From positions 32,001 to 96,000 of IMG/VR virus record IMGVR_UViG_3300045988_164457: a DNA stretch of 64,000 nucleotides. One strand, written 5' to 3'. The notes under the pieces are model-generated. The model did not search any database. It worked only from the letters and a program-made list of their open reading frames with translations, and had not been told where the DNA came from. The position numbers and the translations under genes are program-made. The first letter of the stretch is position 1. Every line of letters starts with the position of its first letter. Positions 35,469-44,771 of the stretch are shown one piece after another. This DNA comes from a virus.

Positions 35469-35780
35469 TCATTTGAAACTCCACACATAATTAAGGAATA
35501 TATCCCAATTTAGCATCACTTGATCATAGACATCAGCTTTAAGTTCTCCGCTCTCATTACTAAGCCAATTACTAAGCCAACCTTTAATGAGTATCTCCCA
35601 TTCACATTTTGACCAAAAATAATAGTGCAAATTCGATTTGAGTCTTTTGGCAAACTCATCTTTATTGTTACATTCTTTCAAATCATTAGTAACATCTTCT
35701 CTGAACCTACCGTGACGAAAGATATTATAAGTCATTATTTTATTTGAATTAAGATCATAACAATATATATTCCAAGTCAT
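35469..35780 (-). CDS. Hypothetical protein
   Basis: 103-aa ORF. No motif was recognised. Confidence 0.5.
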   Translation of the reverse strand: MTWNIYCYDLNSNKIMTYNIFRHGRFREDVTNDLKECNNKDEFAKRLKSNLHYYFWSKCEWEILIKGWLSNWLSNESGELKADVYDQVMLNWDIFLNYVWSFK

Positions 35781-36064
35781 TATGTATCACCTCCGTCCAT
35801 TCTTGCCCCGCAATTGGGGCAGAAATTTATAAAACCATCTCCGCTTATTTCTTCAAGGTCGCAAATATAAAACTCTGCTTCACATTCACTACATTCTGCA
35901 AAGCGAAAGTGCTTATCGTATTCCCAATGTCCGTGTTTTACGGGTGCAACGTCTGCGGTGGGAATATTATCTAAAAAATCCTGTACATCTTCCCTGCTGT
36001 TAAATACTCGTCTATTTATAATTTCTGTAACACAATCACATTCAGCATCAATATACCTTGACAT
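35780..36064 (-). CDS. Zinc-ribbon protein (paralogue A)
   Basis: 'VKHGHWEY', 'CSECEAEF' and 'FCPNCGARMDGG'. Confidence 0.55.
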   Translation of the reverse strand: MSRYIDAECDCVTEIINRRVFNSREDVQDFLDNIPTADVAPVKHGHWEYDKHFRFAECSECEAEFYICDLEEISGDGFINFCPNCGARMDGGDT

Positions 36065-36066
36065 TT

Positions 36067-36375
36067 TTATTCACCTCTCATATCAGCTCCACAATTAGGG
36101 CAGAAATTCCAATTCAAATCGATGTTTCTTAATTTTGATTTATGGATATTCCAGCCACACTCGCTACAATATCTTATATCGTATGCTGGATAATTTGAAT
36201 TTGGTTTATCTATCCAATGCCCGTGCTTAATGAGTGTAGCCTTTATCGTTGGAGCATTATCAATATCGTCAACTGATACGACTTCATCTAAATCACGATA
36301 CGGATTATTAACGGTTGGATGTTCTCCAATCATAAAAGATTTATCTCTCAAGGCATCTCCATCAATTAACCTCAT
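36067..36375 (-). CDS. Zinc-ribbon protein (paralogue B)
   Basis: 'IKHGHWID', 'CSECGWNI' and 'FCPNCGADMRGE'. It shares its architecture with the neighbouring gene. Confidence 0.55.
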   Translation of the reverse strand: MRLIDGDALRDKSFMIGEHPTVNNPYRDLDEVVSVDDIDNAPTIKATLIKHGHWIDKPNSNYPAYDIRYCSECGWNIHKSKLRNIDLNWNFCPNCGADMRGE

Positions 36376-36438
36376 TTTATTCTCTCCTTTTTATCACAAA
36401 ATGAAATTTTTATTATAGTACTATATGTAGTAGCTTAT

Positions 36439-36720
36439 TTATTCTCCCACAACAACCCAAAACTTATGTTTGCCCCACTTAACGTTTATACAATCAAGAG
36501 CATTGAGTTCATTACATAATTCAGGTTTATTTCTTCTTACTTCTGATACACTCTTTACAATGCCGATCTCAACGAATATCTTTGCTATTGAACGTGTTTC
36601 AGTAAAATATGTAATCGGTTCTTCTTTTTCTTTATAATCTCGTTTTGACGAAGCAACAAGCTCCCATACTGGAACAATAGGTTTTCCTATAATGATGTTT
36701 TCATAATGCTTGATTTTCAA
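36439..36720 (-). CDS. Hypothetical protein
   Basis: 93-aa ORF. No motif was recognised. Confidence 0.5.
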   Translation of the reverse strand: MKIKHYENIIIGKPIVPVWELVASSKRDYKEKEEPITYFTETRSIAKIFVEIGIVKSVSEVRRNKPELCNELNALDCINVKWGKHKFWVVVGE

Positions 36721-36777
36721 TACCTTCTTTCAATTACAATAAAAGCAATTTTTCATTAGCTCCAATCAATAATATGG

Positions 36778-36954
36778 TTAAGCCATAATTTCCTGTTCAA
36801 TATCATATAGCACATCAAAAATCAAGTGATGAAGTCCTAAGGCTACCTCTGCAATAGTATATTCATCAGAAACATTCTGTAATTTTGAGAGAATTAAATC
36901 GTGTATATCATTATAATCTTCTTTCGAGAACTCAAAGTCGTTGCCAAGAATCAT
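36778..36954 (-). CDS. Small hypothetical protein (58 aa, below the ORF-track cutoff)
   Basis: Hand-translated as MILGNDFEFSKEDYNDIHDLILSKL...EQEIMA. A GGAGGTGA RBS lies directly upstream. Confidence 0.4.
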   Translation of the reverse strand: MILGNDFEFSKEDYNDIHDLILSKLQNVSDEYTIAEVALGLHHLIFDVLYDIEQEIMA

Positions 36955-36956
36955 AA

Positions 36957-37241
36957 TTAATCACCTCCTATATCAAGAGTATTATTTTTGCCGTATTTCT
37001 GCATATATTTATCAAGAGTTAATACGATTAGATCATCTTTCGTGAATATAGGGAACAAAATATCATTGTTACCTAAGTTTTCATACTCTTTATTTGATTC
37101 TTGATGCAGAGTGTTGATTTCGAAGATACGTTGTTCCATTACAATATCTATTGCCGAATTTTCATTAATAGCTTTAACAATATATGTTTCAGATAGGTAT
37201 GATTTATCTTTGCAACAGCAGTCAACAACATAATAATCCAT
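36957..37241 (-). CDS. Hypothetical protein
   Basis: 94-aa ORF. Confidence 0.5.
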   Translation of the reverse strand: MDYYVVDCCCKDKSYLSETYIVKAINENSAIDIVMEQRIFEINTLHQESNKEYENLGNNDILFPIFTKDDLIVLTLDKYMQKYGKNNTLDIGGD

Positions 37242-37271
37242 ATTATCACCTACTTTTATTTTGCAAATTAT

Positions 37272-37835
37272 TTAATCGTGAATATCTAAAATAGTAGCAA
37301 ACATACCCTTGCTATTTTCTTTGATTTTAGCAAGTTTTTCATCAAACTGTTTATCTTCAATAAGGTTATGTCCGTCCCAAGTTTCACGCACTATGACATT
37401 TTCATTTGAGTCAATACATATAAAACAGTTTACGTCATCAAAATTAAGCAAATCGTCTATCTTTGCTCCGTCCACATATAAGAAACCATCTCTTGAACCC
37501 ATAGAAGAATAATAATCTTCTTCAAAAAATATTGCTCCTTTTGTTTTTTGTAATTCAGATAACAGTTTTGAATAGAAAAGTCTTTTATTTCGTCCTCCAT
37601 TTGAAATAAAATTCCAATTATAATATTCGTTGTTTTTATCAATCTTTAACTTTAATGACCCTGTGTATCTACCACCAATACAAAACCAGTCATATGTAAA
37701 TATGGGACATGGCTTAATCAATTCGCCAGTCTCTTCATCATATTTTATATCCTCGTAATTATAAGGCTGTAAGATTTTTTCTATCTTACTTTCAGAGGGC
37801 AATTTCTTAGTAATCAATAAAACACAATAATGCAA
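37272..37835 (-). CDS. Hypothetical protein
   Basis: 187-aa ORF. Confidence 0.5.
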   Translation of the reverse strand: MHYCVLLITKKLPSESKIEKILQPYNYEDIKYDEETGELIKPCPIFTYDWFCIGGRYTGSLKLKIDKNNEYYNWNFISNGGRNKRLFYSKLLSELQKTKGAIFFEEDYYSSMGSRDGFLYVDGAKIDDLLNFDDVNCFICIDSNENVIVRETWDGHNLIEDKQFDEKLAKIKENSKGMFATILDIHD

Positions 37836-37964
37836 AAAATAATGCTCCTTTCTAAACTTAATAAAAAATCTGTTTTGTGATAGTTCAATGATTCTGTCTT
37901 TAGTCTAAAATGGAATTATTTTAGACTAAAACTTATCACGAAATTTCACTTTCATTAACTAACA

Positions 37965-38363
37965 TTAACTAAATAGCCTATCTATAATACCTTTACTTAC
38001 TAACTTAGGATAAAAGTTTTTAAGATATTTAATATATTCATTTGAAACATCTGACATTTTAGAATTTAATATCTTATCAAAATCATTTTTCCATCTATCA
38101 GGAACTTTAAACTCATAAGTGGCATATGTTTCGTCAAATTCGTCATCATATGTTTTGATAAAATTTTCATCATCATACAATGCCTCTTCACCAAACCCAC
38201 AGTTTCTATTTCCACCACCCACTCTTGTATAGATAGCGATGTTGTTTTCATCTGTTACATAACAATCTCTAAATCTCGGATAATCTTCTTGCTTTCTGCC
38301 CAACATCGGCAATATCAGTAAGCAAGCTGGATTATAACCATTTATCATATTGTACAAACTCAT
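37965..38363 (-). CDS. Hypothetical protein
   Basis: 132-aa ORF containing 'IYTRVGGGNR', a motif recurrent in phage proteins of unknown function. Confidence 0.5.
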   Translation of the reverse strand: MSLYNMINGYNPACLLILPMLGRKQEDYPRFRDCYVTDENNIAIYTRVGGGNRNCGFGEEALYDDENFIKTYDDEFDETYATYEFKVPDRWKNDFDKILNSKMSDVSNEYIKYLKNFYPKLVSKGIIDRLFS

Positions 38364-38561
38364 TTAAATATTCTCCTTATAAACACCATTTATGCGGTCA
38401 CGATGCATTTGAGCATATTGCAAAACAATATCATGTAAACCGTTAACCCTTTTATCAATTTCTTCTAAATCATGTGTAACAGCAATACGATTTAGCAATC
38501 CATCAATCATATCTCTGATATTGCGTTGCTTATTGTACTGTTCCTGATTTACATAGGGCAT
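38364..38561 (-). CDS. Hypothetical protein
   Basis: 65-aa ORF abutting the next gene. Confidence 0.45.
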   Translation of the reverse strand: MPYVNQEQYNKQRNIRDMIDGLLNRIAVTHDLEEIDKRVNGLHDIVLQYAQMHRDRINGVYKENI

Positions 38562-38573
38562 ATTATTATCTCC

Positions 38574-39482
38574 TTATCTTTCACTTGCAATATTTCTTGC
38601 TAATTTCATAGCGATGCCATTAGCAACCTTGCCGAAATTATCAATCTGCTTTACTGTTTCAGGCTCTTCCTTAACACAATCCTCGTAAACAGCCTTAGCC
38701 AAGTTCTTTGCAATAATAGGCATTTCCTCTAAAGACCAATTCTCAGGGAGAATATCTTCATCAACAAACTTATTAAGAAGTTTCCTTACTCTTGCTTCTG
38801 TAACGATAGTTTCGGCAAGCTTCTGGACTTCTTCTCTCTTTTTCATTGTTGCTGGGTCAACAACCTTTGCTTCTTTATGAGTATGTGCTTCCTGAAACTT
38901 TTCAGCTACAATCTTGATGTAGAACGGCTGACGGGTATTAGGATTATTAAGCATTGTCTGATTTTTAATTACAATTCCTTCGCCGTGTTCACCGCCAAGG
39001 TCAGTCTTACCTACAAAACTCATACAATGTTCCCAAGAGATAAATTCACCCTCATAAAATGTAGGAACATAAGTAAGATTAAGTTTGTTTACAATAGCCT
39101 GAACTGTACTCTGAGGAAGATACTTTTCTGTGTTGGCATCATACACGTCATAACAATAAGCGTGATTATAACGCTCTTCCGGATAAGACAGCGTGTGTGG
39201 CACAAGCCATTCCATAAACAATACAAGGTTGTCGCCGAGAACAGATTTTACGAGTTCCTTATTGAGCTTCTGCGACCACTCATAAAATCCTCTGAGATTA
39301 TTGCCAACGCCAAGAATATTATTTCTTGATTGGGCGACTATCGTATCAGTTTCAGAATCATATCTAATAGCTGCATTACAGCCATCAATCTTTTCTTGAA
39401 TAACTATGTAATCACCAACGCTAAACCCGTTAGCATACTCAGGTTTAATCCTCTGAATATCCATAAACTTCTTATGTATCAT
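38574..39482 (-). CDS. RNA ligase family protein (nucleotidyltransferase superfamily)
   Basis: Motif I 'QEKIDGCNA', motif IV 'EGIVIKN', motif V 'FYIKIVAEKF'. The start was set at the ATG after an AAAGGAG RBS. Confidence 0.65.
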   Translation of the reverse strand: MIHKKFMDIQRIKPEYANGFSVGDYIVIQEKIDGCNAAIRYDSETDTIVAQSRNNILGVGNNLRGFYEWSQKLNKELVKSVLGDNLVLFMEWLVPHTLSYPEERYNHAYCYDVYDANTEKYLPQSTVQAIVNKLNLTYVPTFYEGEFISWEHCMSFVGKTDLGGEHGEGIVIKNQTMLNNPNTRQPFYIKIVAEKFQEAHTHKEAKVVDPATMKKREEVQKLAETIVTEARVRKLLNKFVDEDILPENWSLEEMPIIAKNLAKAVYEDCVKEEPETVKQIDNFGKVANGIAMKLARNIASER

Positions 39483-39511
39483 TTTAACATCTCCTTTAAT
39501 CATATTGTATT

Positions 39512-39865
39512 TTACTTGTTATTTTCTACCCAAGCCATAAACTCATACTTGTTGTTTTCTACCCAAGCCATAAACTCATTAATCGTAGTTTTCTGAATGT
39601 CTTTTACCATATTATCATAGTCGAAACAGGAAATAAAGAGGGTAATAACATTTATAACAGGAATAGCAAAATATACATACATAGAAACACCAGCCCAATA
39701 TTTTGAGTTTTTAATATTATATCTTTCAAACTCATGAGATAAATATTTGAACTTAGCAAACCTTTCAAGATTAAGATATACTTCTTTAGTAATACGATTC
39801 ATATAGACTATATTAGCTATAAAGATTATTACATTTACTATTACCGCAAATATTATTACTCTCAT
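39512..39865 (-). CDS. Membrane protein with duplicated C-terminus
   Basis: Hydrophobic helices are present. The C-terminus 'NEFMAWVENNKYEFMAWVENNK' is encoded by a tandem DNA repeat. Confidence 0.5.
   Translation of the reverse strand: MRVIIFAVIVNVIIFIANIVYMNRITKEVYLNLERFAKFKYLSHEFERYNIKNSKYWAGVSMYVYFAIPVINVITLFISCFDYDNMVKDIQKTTINEFMAWVENNKYEFMAWVENNK
39513..39578. repeat. 33-bp direct tandem duplication (2 copies, 1 mismatch)
   Basis: TACTTGTT(A/G)TTTTCTACCCAAGCCATAAACTCA occurs twice. Confidence 0.85.
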
Positions 39866-39884
39866 CTTATTATCTCCTCAATAT

Positions 39885-40439
39885 TTACTTTTCAGCCCAA
39901 TCAGCCGGAACTCCATACTTTTCTTCGGCAAGTTTAGCTGCTTCGTAAGCTTCCTTACGTCTGATTACTTCCATACGGATTCTATACTTTTCGCGTCTTT
40001 TCTTGTCACGTTCTGCAAGTCTCTGTTCCTCTGCCCTCTGAATTTCAGCCTTTGCACGAGCCTCGGCTTCTCTCTTAGGCTTAGTAATGAGCCAGTAATC
40101 AGCCATATCCGAAATATTCTTGTTGAGGAGCTTCTTTGCTATATGCTTTGCATAACAGGTTGTGAAACCATAATAAGCATCTGCCTTATCAGCAGAACAC
40201 TCTACTGATTCCTTAGAACCGTCTGCAAAAGTAAGAACTGTCCTTATGTATGTAGTATTGTACTTAGTGAACTGTTCTGCGTGATAGTCTACAACCTTGC
40301 AACGCACATCATCTATATTAGAGTCTTTAATCATAAAATTAGGTAAATCAGACATTGTTCCAAATATGAGAGGTATTGTTGCATCATCCCTCTTTACCAT
40401 TACTGCTTTTACAACATTATTCAGGTCTTTGTAAGCCAT
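39885..40439 (-). CDS. Hypothetical protein with K/R/E-rich helical C-terminus
   Basis: 184-aa ORF and the first gene downstream of a consensus promoter. Confidence 0.5.
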   Translation of the reverse strand: MAYKDLNNVVKAVMVKRDDATIPLIFGTMSDLPNFMIKDSNIDDVRCKVVDYHAEQFTKYNTTYIRTVLTFADGSKESVECSADKADAYYGFTTCYAKHIAKKLLNKNISDMADYWLITKPKREAEARAKAEIQRAEEQRLAERDKKRREKYRIRMEVIRRKEAYEAAKLAEEKYGVPADWAEK

Positions 40440-40514
40440 TCTTATATTCTCCTTTAGTTTATTATATTTTGTGTAACCATATTATTATTTACTTATAATT
40501 TGATTACATACTTA

Positions 40515-40542
40515 TTATACCATATATAATAGAAATGTCAAG
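40515..40542 (-). promoter_or_regulatory. Near-consensus sigma-A promoter flanked by two copies of the 19-bp AT box
   Basis: On the minus strand: TTGACA, 16 nt, TGGTATAAT. Boxes lie at about 40571-40589 (upstream) and about 40483-40501 (downstream of the -10). Confidence 0.55.
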
Positions 40543-40586
40543 TGATTTTTCGAATTATTTTGTTCATTTTTATTATTTACTTATAA

Positions 40587-41867
40587 TTATATATTTGGCT
40601 CTGTCTTATCGAATCTTACTGTTTGAAACACTGGAAACTGCAAAGAACAACTACCGTCCTTGTTCTTAGTTTCTTCCTTATACTTAACCGTGACTATCTT
40701 GCCGATAATTTCATTAGGGTTATTCCAATAATAGCTTCTTTGTTCATCGGTAAAACCAGAACCAACTTTTACAATGTTGTTTTTATACTCGCAAAGGATT
40801 GAGCCAAGAGTATTTACGTTCTTACCTGTGCCTTGCTCAATATCAATACACTTTAGGTCACAATCATAAAAACACTTTACTTTGATTAACTCCTTTGTTC
40901 TCTTGCACTTGTATGTTGTATCAAACTGAACCATACAACCTTCCTTATCTGTGCTTTCGGCATATTCAAGCCATTTCTGTATCTGCAAATGGTCTGTACC
41001 CTCATACCACATTGGAACGATTCTAAGATTTTTAATATCGTTGTTCTTTATCTTTTTTGCGATTATATCAGTAAGATACTTCTTACGTTCTCCATATTTT
41101 AATAGGCTCTCACCAGCCATAAACTCATTTTTAGGAAGGCAGTCAAAAATCACATATTCAAGGCAAGACTTATCTATATCTTTACTATTTGCAATTCCTG
41201 TACCTATTTGAAAGTTTTCGCTGTCTGATTTACCGTCTGTATTTTTACGAATAAGTTCACCGTCAAATACAAGGTCAGGAAGATTGAATTTCTGAATATC
41301 GGAAATTATATGGTCAAGACCTGTAAATTCTTTACCTGAACGACTATATAGCCTACCATTATAATAAACACATCTTGTTCCGTTCATTTTTTGACTTATG
41401 TAAATATATTCATCACCTTTAAGCTTAACCTTATCAATAGGAGTGCCAAGTTGCACATCAAACACAGGAATAAATCCTTTACCATATATACTATTTACTG
41501 TCTTAGCATCTATACCAAGCTTCAGAGACTTCGTTACAAGCTGTCTATAATATTCCTTATATTCTTCAGGCTGTAAACTGATAAAACCCTGTACAATAGC
41601 AATATCTGCATCTTTTCCCGTGTTATTGGTTTCAAGATAAATCATCAAATCTTGCCAAGTCTGAATTGGAGTTGTATCATACTTAACTGATTTATTAAGC
41701 TTTTTGGTGCTGATTCCTGTTATCACAAACGGATTTAAAAGCCATTTTAATGTATCAGTAAATAAAATGTTTCTTTTATTAACTTTCAGAATTTCAATCT
41801 TTTCAGTTTTTTTGCTTGTTGACTGGAGCTGATTGAATATTTTGAATACGTTAATCATTTCATTCAT
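40587..41867 (-). CDS. ATP-dependent DNA ligase
   Basis: Motif I 'SQKMNGTR', motif III 'VFDGELI', motif IV 'EGCMVQ', motif V 'LIKVKCF'. Confidence 0.8.
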   Translation of the reverse strand: MNEMINVFKIFNQLQSTSKKTEKIEILKVNKRNILFTDTLKWLLNPFVITGISTKKLNKSVKYDTTPIQTWQDLMIYLETNNTGKDADIAIVQGFISLQPEEYKEYYRQLVTKSLKLGIDAKTVNSIYGKGFIPVFDVQLGTPIDKVKLKGDEYIYISQKMNGTRCVYYNGRLYSRSGKEFTGLDHIISDIQKFNLPDLVFDGELIRKNTDGKSDSENFQIGTGIANSKDIDKSCLEYVIFDCLPKNEFMAGESLLKYGERKKYLTDIIAKKIKNNDIKNLRIVPMWYEGTDHLQIQKWLEYAESTDKEGCMVQFDTTYKCKRTKELIKVKCFYDCDLKCIDIEQGTGKNVNTLGSILCEYKNNIVKVGSGFTDEQRSYYWNNPNEIIGKIVTVKYKEETKNKDGSCSLQFPVFQTVRFDKTEPNI

Positions 41868-42498
41868 TTGTGGAATCTCCTTTCAGTTCTTCATCGTAAA
41901 CATCAAAATCAAAAATAAGATGCTTTCTACTTGCAATATAATCACACAGATGAACACATTTCTGAATGTCTGTTTCGGGAGTAGGAAGTATATCATCTGA
42001 ATATTTTGATGTATTCCACTTACCCATATGAGAAGCCACTGCGTCAGAAATTGTCAATACTCTTGTACCAAAATAAAGGTCTAAGGCATTAGTCATACAG
42101 TTCATATCATTCTTATTAACATATTCTGCGTATTTTTCTAAAATAAAGTATTTCATAAGTATAGGATGATTGAAAACTGTATGATCTTCCCACATACCAC
42201 ACTTTAGCCCATCATGAAGAATGAGTGCCGATGTTACAATATCTTTATCGACATCATTGAAATTATAAAAATCTGCCCTAAATAAATCCTGTGCCATTGC
42301 AACAGCAGCTTTAGTGTGTCTGATAAGTCCTCCTTCTCCTATTGTATATGACGGATGATACTTACCACTCGTACTTGCACCAATATGTCTAAAATAATCT
42401 GGAAGGTCATCAAGAACAAAAGCTGTGAAATCTTTAATTTTACTATCCTTGATAAAACTTAATTCTCTTGTAAAATTTTCTGAATTTGTCATATTCAT
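41860..42498 (-). CDS. HD-domain phosphohydrolase
   Basis: 'GLIRHTKAAV' and 'ALILHDGLK' supply the H...HD metal-binding motifs. Confidence 0.7.
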   Translation of the reverse strand: MNMTNSENFTRELSFIKDSKIKDFTAFVLDDLPDYFRHIGASTSGKYHPSYTIGEGGLIRHTKAAVAMAQDLFRADFYNFNDVDKDIVTSALILHDGLKCGMWEDHTVFNHPILMKYFILEKYAEYVNKNDMNCMTNALDLYFGTRVLTISDAVASHMGKWNTSKYSDDILPTPETDIQKCVHLCDYIASRKHLIFDFDVYDEELKGDSTNE

Positions 42499-44771
42499 TC
42501 TCCTTCAATTAATAAATTATATAACCAAGTTTGACGTGTAAAATTTTCTTTTTTCTTAATTGCTCTACCGAATGTGTTTAAATCACTAAGCAAATAACAT
42601 CTTTCTTTTGCTCTTGTAATTGCTACATATAGTAAATTTGAATTAAGCATAAATGTATGTGAATTTGGTGCAAAAACAATAACAATTCTTGCTTGACCAC
42701 CTTGACTCTTATGAATCGAAATTGCATAAGCCAATTTAATGTTGGAAAACTTATCTTTTGGAATATAAATTTTATAATCATCAAAATCAACTATAATGCC
42801 ATTATAAGTAATGTCTGAAATAATTCCTATATCTCCATTTGGAATAAGTGTTGTTATATCTTCTTCAGCATTATAATAGTCAGCGTGATTTTCTTGATAT
42901 ATAAATGACTGATAATCATTTTTACATTGAATAATAGGATCGCCTATTCTATATTCAACATCTCCAAAAGAAGTTTTCTTTGTAACGTTAGTATTTATCA
43001 CTGATTGGATTTGATTGTTTATTTTTTCTGTACCATAATCACCTTTGTTTTGAGCTACTACAATTAGAATATCCTTTAAGGGAATATTGTTATCTAAGAG
43101 TTTTTTATACATTTTTATAATGTAATCGACTGCTCGTTCAGGTGCAATAGGAATGTAAGTACAGCCTTTATCTTCTCCAACCGTCTGAGTACCTGTTACA
43201 TTCTGAAAAGTTAATTTACTTTCTCTTATATCCGTGGCTACTGTACTCAATCCACCCTTTCCATAACGGAATACTTTTGAAAGCCACACCGTTGGAACAA
43301 TATTACTATTTAAAATATCGTGTAATACATTTCCACAAGATACTGATGGTATTTGAGCATTATCTCCTATGATTAAAAGTTTTGTCCTACTGAAATCAAT
43401 AGATTCAAGTAAATGTTTAAATAAAAACACATCTACCATAGAAGTTTCATCAAGAATAACAATATCTTGAGGTAACTTATTCTTTTCATTGTAACACCAT
43501 TCATTAGGTGGCATAAATCCTAATCCTCTATGAATAGTGCTTGCCATATGATTGGTATATTTCTGCAATACCTTTGCAGCTCTGCCAGTTGGAGCAAGCA
43601 AAATTGCAGTCAAATTATTATCATAAAGCATATTCATTAATGCCAATACTGAAAAACTTTTACCACTGCCTGCAAATCCCTGTAAGACAGTTATAGTATT
43701 TTCACATACAGATTTCATAGTTTGCATTTGTTCATCTGTGAGTAACGAATTGTTTATAACACGATATTTCTCTATATCTACATTCCATTTGCGATTAACC
43801 TTTAAAGCATTTTTAAGTGTATCAGCAATATATTTTTCTGTTTCAAATGTATTTGTTTTAGAGATTCTACCCTGTTTCTTATCAAATATTATAGTATCAG
43901 ATGAATTGATTGCATCTGCAAGTTTATCCTTTGCTTCAAGGGCATAAGTCAAACATTCTTTTTGAAACTGTTTGATACTCATATAAGTATTTCCGTTATT
44001 TTCATTTTCATCAAGAACATAAAAGCAACAAGCTTTCATTCTTTCGACAGATGTTAGAAGATCAAATTTAAAATCTATAATTGGCTTCTCTCCATTTTTT
44101 ACACGTTCTTTAGATAATTCATCTATTCGGAGCAAGAGTGCATCTGCTGTTTTAAACCCTATACCTCCTAATTTACATAGACACTCATAAGGTTTAGTAT
44201 GAAGATTTTCTTTAATTTTTTCAATAGATGAATAGGTGTCATATAATTTCTTTATGATAGAAAAACTAAATACTCCTGAAAATTCATCTACTAATTCTGC
44301 AAGTTTAAAATTTTCAATTACCTTTTTCTTTATCTTGGCAAAGGTAACTTCTTTTATGCCTTTAGTTTTATTCAAATCAATATCATTAAGACGATTATTC
44401 ATTATTCTGTCTATAATATCGGGATATACAGCAAGCAGTGTGCTTGCTTGCTGATAAGTTAATATCTCCTGCAAAAAAGCCCTGCTGTTTTCAAGAGTTA
44501 CTGGCTTTTCGCTTCTGATATTTATAACTTTATATCCTATACCATATTTATCTTTTTCTTCATCTGCTTTTATGATATATTCACAGTCAAGATTAAGTTC
44601 TTGTATATCTCCTTTTATTGTAACTGTTCCATATTTAGAGACTGCAATATTAGGATATTTAAAACTGTCTATAGTACAACCATAGATTTTAAAATTTTCA
44701 GAATTATAAAGACATCTTATTGGGATTGCTTTAAATTCTTTTATTTTAGTTAATTTTTCAGAACTTCCCAA
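42495..44771 (-). CDS. RecD-like SF1 DNA helicase
   Basis: Walker A 'GFAGSGKSF', Walker B 'ILDETSMVD', C-terminal 'AISIHKSQGGQ'. TTG start after an AAAGGTGA RBS. Confidence 0.85.
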   Translation of the reverse strand: MGSSEKLTKIKEFKAIPIRCLYNSENFKIYGCTIDSFKYPNIAVSKYGTVTIKGDIQELNLDCEYIIKADEEKDKYGIGYKVINIRSEKPVTLENSRAFLQEILTYQQASTLLAVYPDIIDRIMNNRLNDIDLNKTKGIKEVTFAKIKKKVIENFKLAELVDEFSGVFSFSIIKKLYDTYSSIEKIKENLHTKPYECLCKLGGIGFKTADALLLRIDELSKERVKNGEKPIIDFKFDLLTSVERMKACCFYVLDENENNGNTYMSIKQFQKECLTYALEAKDKLADAINSSDTIIFDKKQGRISKTNTFETEKYIADTLKNALKVNRKWNVDIEKYRVINNSLLTDEQMQTMKSVCENTITVLQGFAGSGKSFSVLALMNMLYDNNLTAILLAPTGRAAKVLQKYTNHMASTIHRGLGFMPPNEWCYNEKNKLPQDIVILDETSMVDVFLFKHLLESIDFSRTKLLIIGDNAQIPSVSCGNVLHDILNSNIVPTVWLSKVFRYGKGGLSTVATDIRESKLTFQNVTGTQTVGEDKGCTYIPIAPERAVDYIIKMYKKLLDNNIPLKDILIVVAQNKGDYGTEKINNQIQSVINTNVTKKTSFGDVEYRIGDPIIQCKNDYQSFIYQENHADYYNAEEDITTLIPNGDIGIISDITYNGIIVDFDDYKIYIPKDKFSNIKLAYAISIHKSQGGQARIVIVFAPNSHTFMLNSNLLYVAITRAKERCYLLSDLNTFGRAIKKKENFTRQTWLYNLLIEGE

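Noticed and set aside
39513-39578. Possible CRISPR array
   Set aside because: There are only two directly abutting copies with no spacers, and they lie inside a coding region. No other CRISPR-like repeat-spacer pattern was seen in the window.
38877-39596. Plus-strand ORFs (150 aa and 88 aa) opposite the RNA ligase gene and the repeat region
   Set aside because: They are antisense to a gene with ligase motifs. The 88-aa ORF simply reads through the 33-bp tandem repeat.
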